64,000 nt of DNA from a virus. Of the stretch, positions 60,336 through 64,000 are shown piece by piece. Every line of letters begins with the position of its first letter. Within the stretch, counting starts at the first letter, position 1. Location: positions 1 to 64,000 of the IMG/VR virus record IMGVR_UViG_3300025096_003663. One strand, written 5' to 3'. Both the position numbers and the translations under genes were made by a program. The notes under the pieces are model-generated. The model was not told the DNA's origin. It searched no databases and saw only the letters and a program-made list of their open reading frames with translations.

Positions 60336-61274
60336 ATGGCTTTTTTGGATAATTCTGGAGATATTATATTAGATGCGGTGCTGACCGATACGGGCAGGCT
60401 CCGGCTAGCACGAGGCGACGGCTCGTTTAGAATAGCGAAGTTCGCACTAGGCGACGACGAAATCGACTACGGGAAATACAACGCCAACAATCTAAGCGGC
60501 AGCGCCTACTACGATTTAGACATCCTCAAGACACCAGTCTTCGAGGCATTCACAAACAATGCTTCAAACATGCAATCTAAACTAATCTCAATCGCTAGAA
60601 CGAATTTATTGTATCTTCCGGTAATAAAGAAAAACACCCGAGATGCCTCAACAGCTATGTATTCCGACTCTGATGTCTCTAATTTATTTTTAGTTAGTGT
60701 CGATAATACAACCACTACAGCGATTAAGAATTGGGAACCAGATACTCAGGGCATTCTCTTCCCGACGGATAGTTCCAATGCCCATATTCGCTTAGATCAG
60801 GGGCTCGATACTGATCAGCTAACTGCTGCAAACCCTATCGACGCCGATCTTAAAGAGACACAATATATCGTAGAGATGGATAATCGATTTGGATATCTAC
60901 TGTCAAAGACGAACGAGAAAGCAGATATTTCCTTTGTTGATGATGATAGCATAGCTAGTTATTTCCTATCCCAAGGGGTTGTTAGTAGCAACTTTATCAA
61001 GAATATGGAACCTAACAGTACGGACGGCAGCAATAAGGCAGGTTCCAGTTTGGCGGGACCGAGAGGAACGAAACTAACGACGAAGATTCGGGCATCTACC
61101 GATCTTTCTTCCACAACATTCTTGTTCTCCAAGCTTGGCTCGACAATGACTCTCCCGACTGGAACGGGTGGTTCGGCTGAAACTTATCTTACCATAGATA
61201 CTGTACTAAAAGTTACCGGGGCAACTACAGGATACAAAATTGATGTGCCCGTTAGGTACATTAAAAAGCAATAG
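60336..61274 (+). CDS. virion structural protein
   Basis: SD aggag at 60323-60327; MAFLDNSGDIILDAVLTDTGRLRLARG...IAKFALGDDEIDY. Confidence 0.75.
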   Translation: MAFLDNSGDIILDAVLTDTGRLRLARGDGSFRIAKFALGDDEIDYGKYNANNLSGSAYYDLDILKTPVFEAFTNNASNMQSKLISIARTNLLYLPVIKKNTRDASTAMYSDSDVSNLFLVSVDNTTTTAIKNWEPDTQGILFPTDSSNAHIRLDQGLDTDQLTAANPIDADLKETQYIVEMDNRFGYLLSKTNEKADISFVDDDSIASYFLSQGVVSSNFIKNMEPNSTDGSNKAGSSLAGPRGTKLTTKIRASTDLSSTTFLFSKLGSTMTLPTGTGGSAETYLTIDTVLKVTGATTGYKIDVPVRYIKKQ

Positions 61275-61284
61275 AGGTTAAATA

Positions 61285-62325
61285 ATGGCAACAGTTTATA
61301 AAACATTTCTCAATAACGATGTCGCTTCGACACGAACTTTACTACACGAATCGGTCCCGGTCACGGGCACCATCGTCTCAGGCACATACGCCGACACTAA
61401 CATCAAGAACTACTCCCACGGACTCTTCCAGTCTGTGTATGACTATCCATACCTTAGTTCGTCAGCGAATCACATCTTTGATATCACATGCGGATACTCT
61501 AGCACTTCTCCATTATCCGCCTCCGCTGTAACAGACGGTGTTGCTGCTAGCGACATTAAAGACAAAATCAATATGTACAACCAGATGGCTCAAGTTCTAG
61601 TAGGGCACGATGTCGAAGGAAATATCCAAGAGTTCGATCAGGACGGAGATATTTCAGGCGGCGGCACTAAGATGAAAGAAGCCTATGTTCTAAACTTCGC
61701 TCGCCTCTTGACAAAAGACGAAATAAAGAAGGGCTCGTTTTCTCTCAAGGTTGCCACAGGCTCGGCAAACGATCCGGTTGACTTCGCAGACTTGCTGACG
61801 ATATCTGACTACGGAGCGGAAAACGATTATCGAGTAAACTCACCAGCAGCAGAATATGGAATTCTGTATACATCATCTGCTACTCCAAGCTCAGACTCTG
61901 GGGTTGGACTGCTGTATTATCAAGCTGGAGTTGCTGTGCTTACAGCATCACTTTTCGACGGTGCCCTGCTGGCTGACTCTGAAACATATACTGGCTCTCT
62001 CTCGGCATCCAACATTCAGTCTAATGCTGATGCTATTCGAGCCAGGATCTACGATGTGGCATACAATAATACGACAGAACTAAACTCATCAGTTTATTTT
62101 TGCCGAGTGAATCACAACGAGTTTAACTATAGTGCTAATCCTACATACCTGAGCAGCAGTAAGATCGTAGTGAAAGACCAAGCCACGGATGCTCCTGTTT
62201 CGTATACGACTACTGTCGGACTGTATTCTGCCGATAATGAACTTTTAGCAGTCGCGAAAGTTTCGGAGCCTCTTAAGAAGGATCCGACGAATGAGCTGAT
62301 TCTTCGGGTAAGACTAGATTACTAG
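61285..62325 (+). CDS. virion structural protein
   Basis: IKKGSF, EFNYSANPT and the C-terminal YTTTVGLYSADNELLAVAKVSEPLKK. Confidence 0.75.
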   Translation: MATVYKTFLNNDVASTRTLLHESVPVTGTIVSGTYADTNIKNYSHGLFQSVYDYPYLSSSANHIFDITCGYSSTSPLSASAVTDGVAASDIKDKINMYNQMAQVLVGHDVEGNIQEFDQDGDISGGGTKMKEAYVLNFARLLTKDEIKKGSFSLKVATGSANDPVDFADLLTISDYGAENDYRVNSPAAEYGILYTSSATPSSDSGVGLLYYQAGVAVLTASLFDGALLADSETYTGSLSASNIQSNADAIRARIYDVAYNNTTELNSSVYFCRVNHNEFNYSANPTYLSSSKIVVKDQATDAPVSYTTTVGLYSADNELLAVAKVSEPLKKDPTNELILRVRLDY

Positions 62326-62336
62326 AAACATGAATT

Positions 62337-63455
62337 ATGTCGTTTTACAAATTCGATCCTAGCGATATTCTCTACAACAGGATAAGAACTTATCCTCGGG
62401 TCCACTTTGATATTCACACGGGCTCGATATATTATAACGAGAATGTCAACAAGTTTGGAACCCCAAACGGAAATGTATCACTCCAGGAGCTAGCTACACT
62501 GAAAGCATCTGGGGGAGACTATTATACTTTCGTTACGAAGGATAGTGGACTTGCAGCTTTCAATACTGTATCCACCACGGCTTTTAACGGACTGAGTTTT
62601 GGCGATGTGATTACTTCGTCTCTCCCACAAACAGCTTCGATCTCTATTGAATACCACGAAGAGGGAGACAGTCGCCTTCACATTGATGCTCTGAGAACTC
62701 ACACGGACAACTATACTTACCTAAGCAATCATTATGCTTTTAGTTCCTCTTTAGGAGATAAGGACACACAATCGCTAACATTGGTGAGCTTCCCGTCCAT
62801 TTTCTACGGCTCATCTATCAAGAAGGGGAGTGTAGATTTAAAATTTTATATCACTGGAACACTGATCGGGCAACTTAGAGATGAATACGAAAACGGCGAA
62901 CTTATACAAGTTGGTCCGCCTGGTAGCACGGGGTCGGGGAGTGTTGCCGGTGTAGCATACTACGGAGAGGGGCTTCTCCTCCTCACGGGAAGCTGGAACA
63001 TCACAGAAGAGTCTCAAGATTTTTATGACGGACTGGATTATCCAAAGTGGAAGTATTTTGCCTCGCCAGGAATTCCGCCATTCCCAGAAACAGAATCAAC
63101 GAATTATTCGATTGATCTCAGCGGCACGAACTATGTTCCAGTGGTTACAATGTTGGCTCATGCTAAAAAGGCTCATCTAAACCACTCGAACAATCCCACG
63201 GTCATTACTTATGGACAAGCTAATACCAGAGACACTGGAACTCTTGGGTTTTATGAGCGAACGGACTTAGATATTAAAAATGTAGCCAAATACCCGTATA
63301 ATGAAGATACGGGCTCTTTTAAGAAAGAAACATATGTCTCCAAAATTGGAATATACGACGAAAACAGAAACTTGATTGGGATTGCAAAACTGGCAACCCC
63401 AGTAAGAAAAAGAGAAAATGATAACTTCACTTTCAAAATGAAAATGGATTTTTAG
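62337..63455 (+). CDS. virion structural protein, paralog of 61285-62325
   Basis: IKKGSV, G..YY..G...LT.S, NHSNNPT and YVSKIGIYDENRNLIGIAKLATPVRK. Confidence 0.75.
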   Translation: MSFYKFDPSDILYNRIRTYPRVHFDIHTGSIYYNENVNKFGTPNGNVSLQELATLKASGGDYYTFVTKDSGLAAFNTVSTTAFNGLSFGDVITSSLPQTASISIEYHEEGDSRLHIDALRTHTDNYTYLSNHYAFSSSLGDKDTQSLTLVSFPSIFYGSSIKKGSVDLKFYITGTLIGQLRDEYENGELIQVGPPGSTGSGSVAGVAYYGEGLLLLTGSWNITEESQDFYDGLDYPKWKYFASPGIPPFPETESTNYSIDLSGTNYVPVVTMLAHAKKAHLNHSNNPTVITYGQANTRDTGTLGFYERTDLDIKNVAKYPYNEDTGSFKKETYVSKIGIYDENRNLIGIAKLATPVRKRENDNFTFKMKMDF

Positions 63456-63973
63456 TGTTATTAGGATTAGATATTTCAACAAGCATCACGGGATTATGTG
63501 TTCTGGATGCTAGCGGCACCATTGTTCACTCTGACTATATTGATATGAGAAAAGAGAAATCTTTTTACGAAAAAGTGAAGAAGGCAAAAGACATCATTGC
63601 CGCCACAATAAAAGAGCATAACATAAAAGAAGTCTGGATAGAACAATCTCTCCAGGCTTTCCGTCCCGGATTGAGCTCGGCGAAAACCCTGCTTACGCTG
63701 GCTAAGTTCAACGGCATCTTGTCGTGGACAATTTGGGAATCAGGAATCGAGCCAAATTATGTTGGAGCGAGCACAGCAAGAAAATCTTGTGGGATCAAAG
63801 TCCCGAGAGGAGAGAAGGCAAAAAATGTTGTAGTGAACTTTTTACTTGACAACGAGCCCTGTTTTGAGGTAGAATATACAAAGTTCGGAAATGTCAAACA
63901 ACATTTTTTTGATATTGCCGATGCTATCATAGTAGCGAAAGCAGGTTTTACATGTCACACGAAGAAAAGCTAG
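63455..63973 (+). CDS. RuvC-like Holliday junction resolvase
   Basis: LLGLDISTSITG (Asp), VWIEQ (Glu) and DIADA (Asp pair). Confidence 0.85.
   Translation: MLLGLDISTSITGLCVLDASGTIVHSDYIDMRKEKSFYEKVKKAKDIIAATIKEHNIKEVWIEQSLQAFRPGLSSAKTLLTLAKFNGILSWTIWESGIEPNYVGASTARKSCGIKVPRGEKAKNVVVNFLLDNEPCFEVEYTKFGNVKQHFFDIADAIIVAKAGFTCHTKKS
63846..63875 (+). promoter_or_regulatory. sigma70-type promoter inside the RuvC-like gene
   Basis: TTGACA (63846-63851), 18-bp spacer, TAGAAT (63870-63875). Confidence 0.5.
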
Positions 63974-64000
63974 ACACCCTCAAGAATGTCTTGTCTTTCT
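63952..64000 (+). CDS. start of the next gene (3'-truncated)
   Basis: ATG 63952, MSHEEKLDTLKNVLSF, open to the window end. Confidence 0.4.
   Translation, partial: MSHEEKLDTLKNVLSF

Noticed and set aside
1-64000. Cellular (bacterial chromosome) origin suggested by aceBA, gmd/fcl and the tRNA
   Set aside because: gp25/gp6-like baseplate genes, a gp55-like sigma, PhoH, many orphans, near single-strand dense coding and no housekeeping context point to a large phage. A prophage or tailocin-like element cannot be fully excluded because no capsid or terminase gene is in the window.
1-64000. Eukaryotic giant virus (NCLDV)
   Set aside because: Shine-Dalgarno sites, overlapping ATGA-coupled operons, sigma70 promoters and contractile-tail baseplate genes argue against it.
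1-64000. Alternative genetic code (stop-codon reassignment)
   Set aside because: Standard-code ORFs tile the window, known enzymes are full length, and TAA, TAG and TGA all end genes at sensible positions.

Overview
This window looks like 64 kb of a large (jumbo-type) contractile-tailed bacteriophage genome. It is densely coded in the standard code, has Shine-Dalgarno sites, and all but one gene lie on the + strand. From left to right: (1) acidic/charged proteins, including a 942-aa fusion of a KxDG ligase-like domain and an HxGH nucleotidyltransferase (1-4.5 kb). (2) A block behind sigma70-type promoters with a Fis-like HTH protein, a cytidylyltransferase, a rare tRNA-Ile(UAU) and the complete glyoxylate shunt, aceB-aceA (4.5-8.9 kb). 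(3) A lipoprotein serine protease, PIN-PhoH, a zincin and a Cas4/AddB-like nuclease (8.9-13.4 kb). (4) An 11-kb glycan locus of apparently soluble enzymes: GT4, GT4-GT2, formyltransferase, methyltransferases, perosamine-type aminotransferase, fcl, gmd and a PMI cupin (13.4-24.4 kb). (5) A gp55-like sigma factor followed by a ~37-kb baseplate/tail module with gp25- and gp6-like wedges, a three-gene spike-like cluster, and giant LamG, FG-GAP and reelin-like proteins. (6) A RuvC-like resolvase. The strongest new signal is that a subset of virion proteins is heavily enriched in [S/T]-[G/A/S]-[S/T] tripeptides. By hand count these are absent from three enzymes and from the Ser/Thr-rich gp6-like protein, and they sit next to a glycan pathway with no membrane or export components. 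This suggests a phage-encoded, sequon-directed virion glycosylation system. All calls come from reading motifs by eye; no database searches were run.
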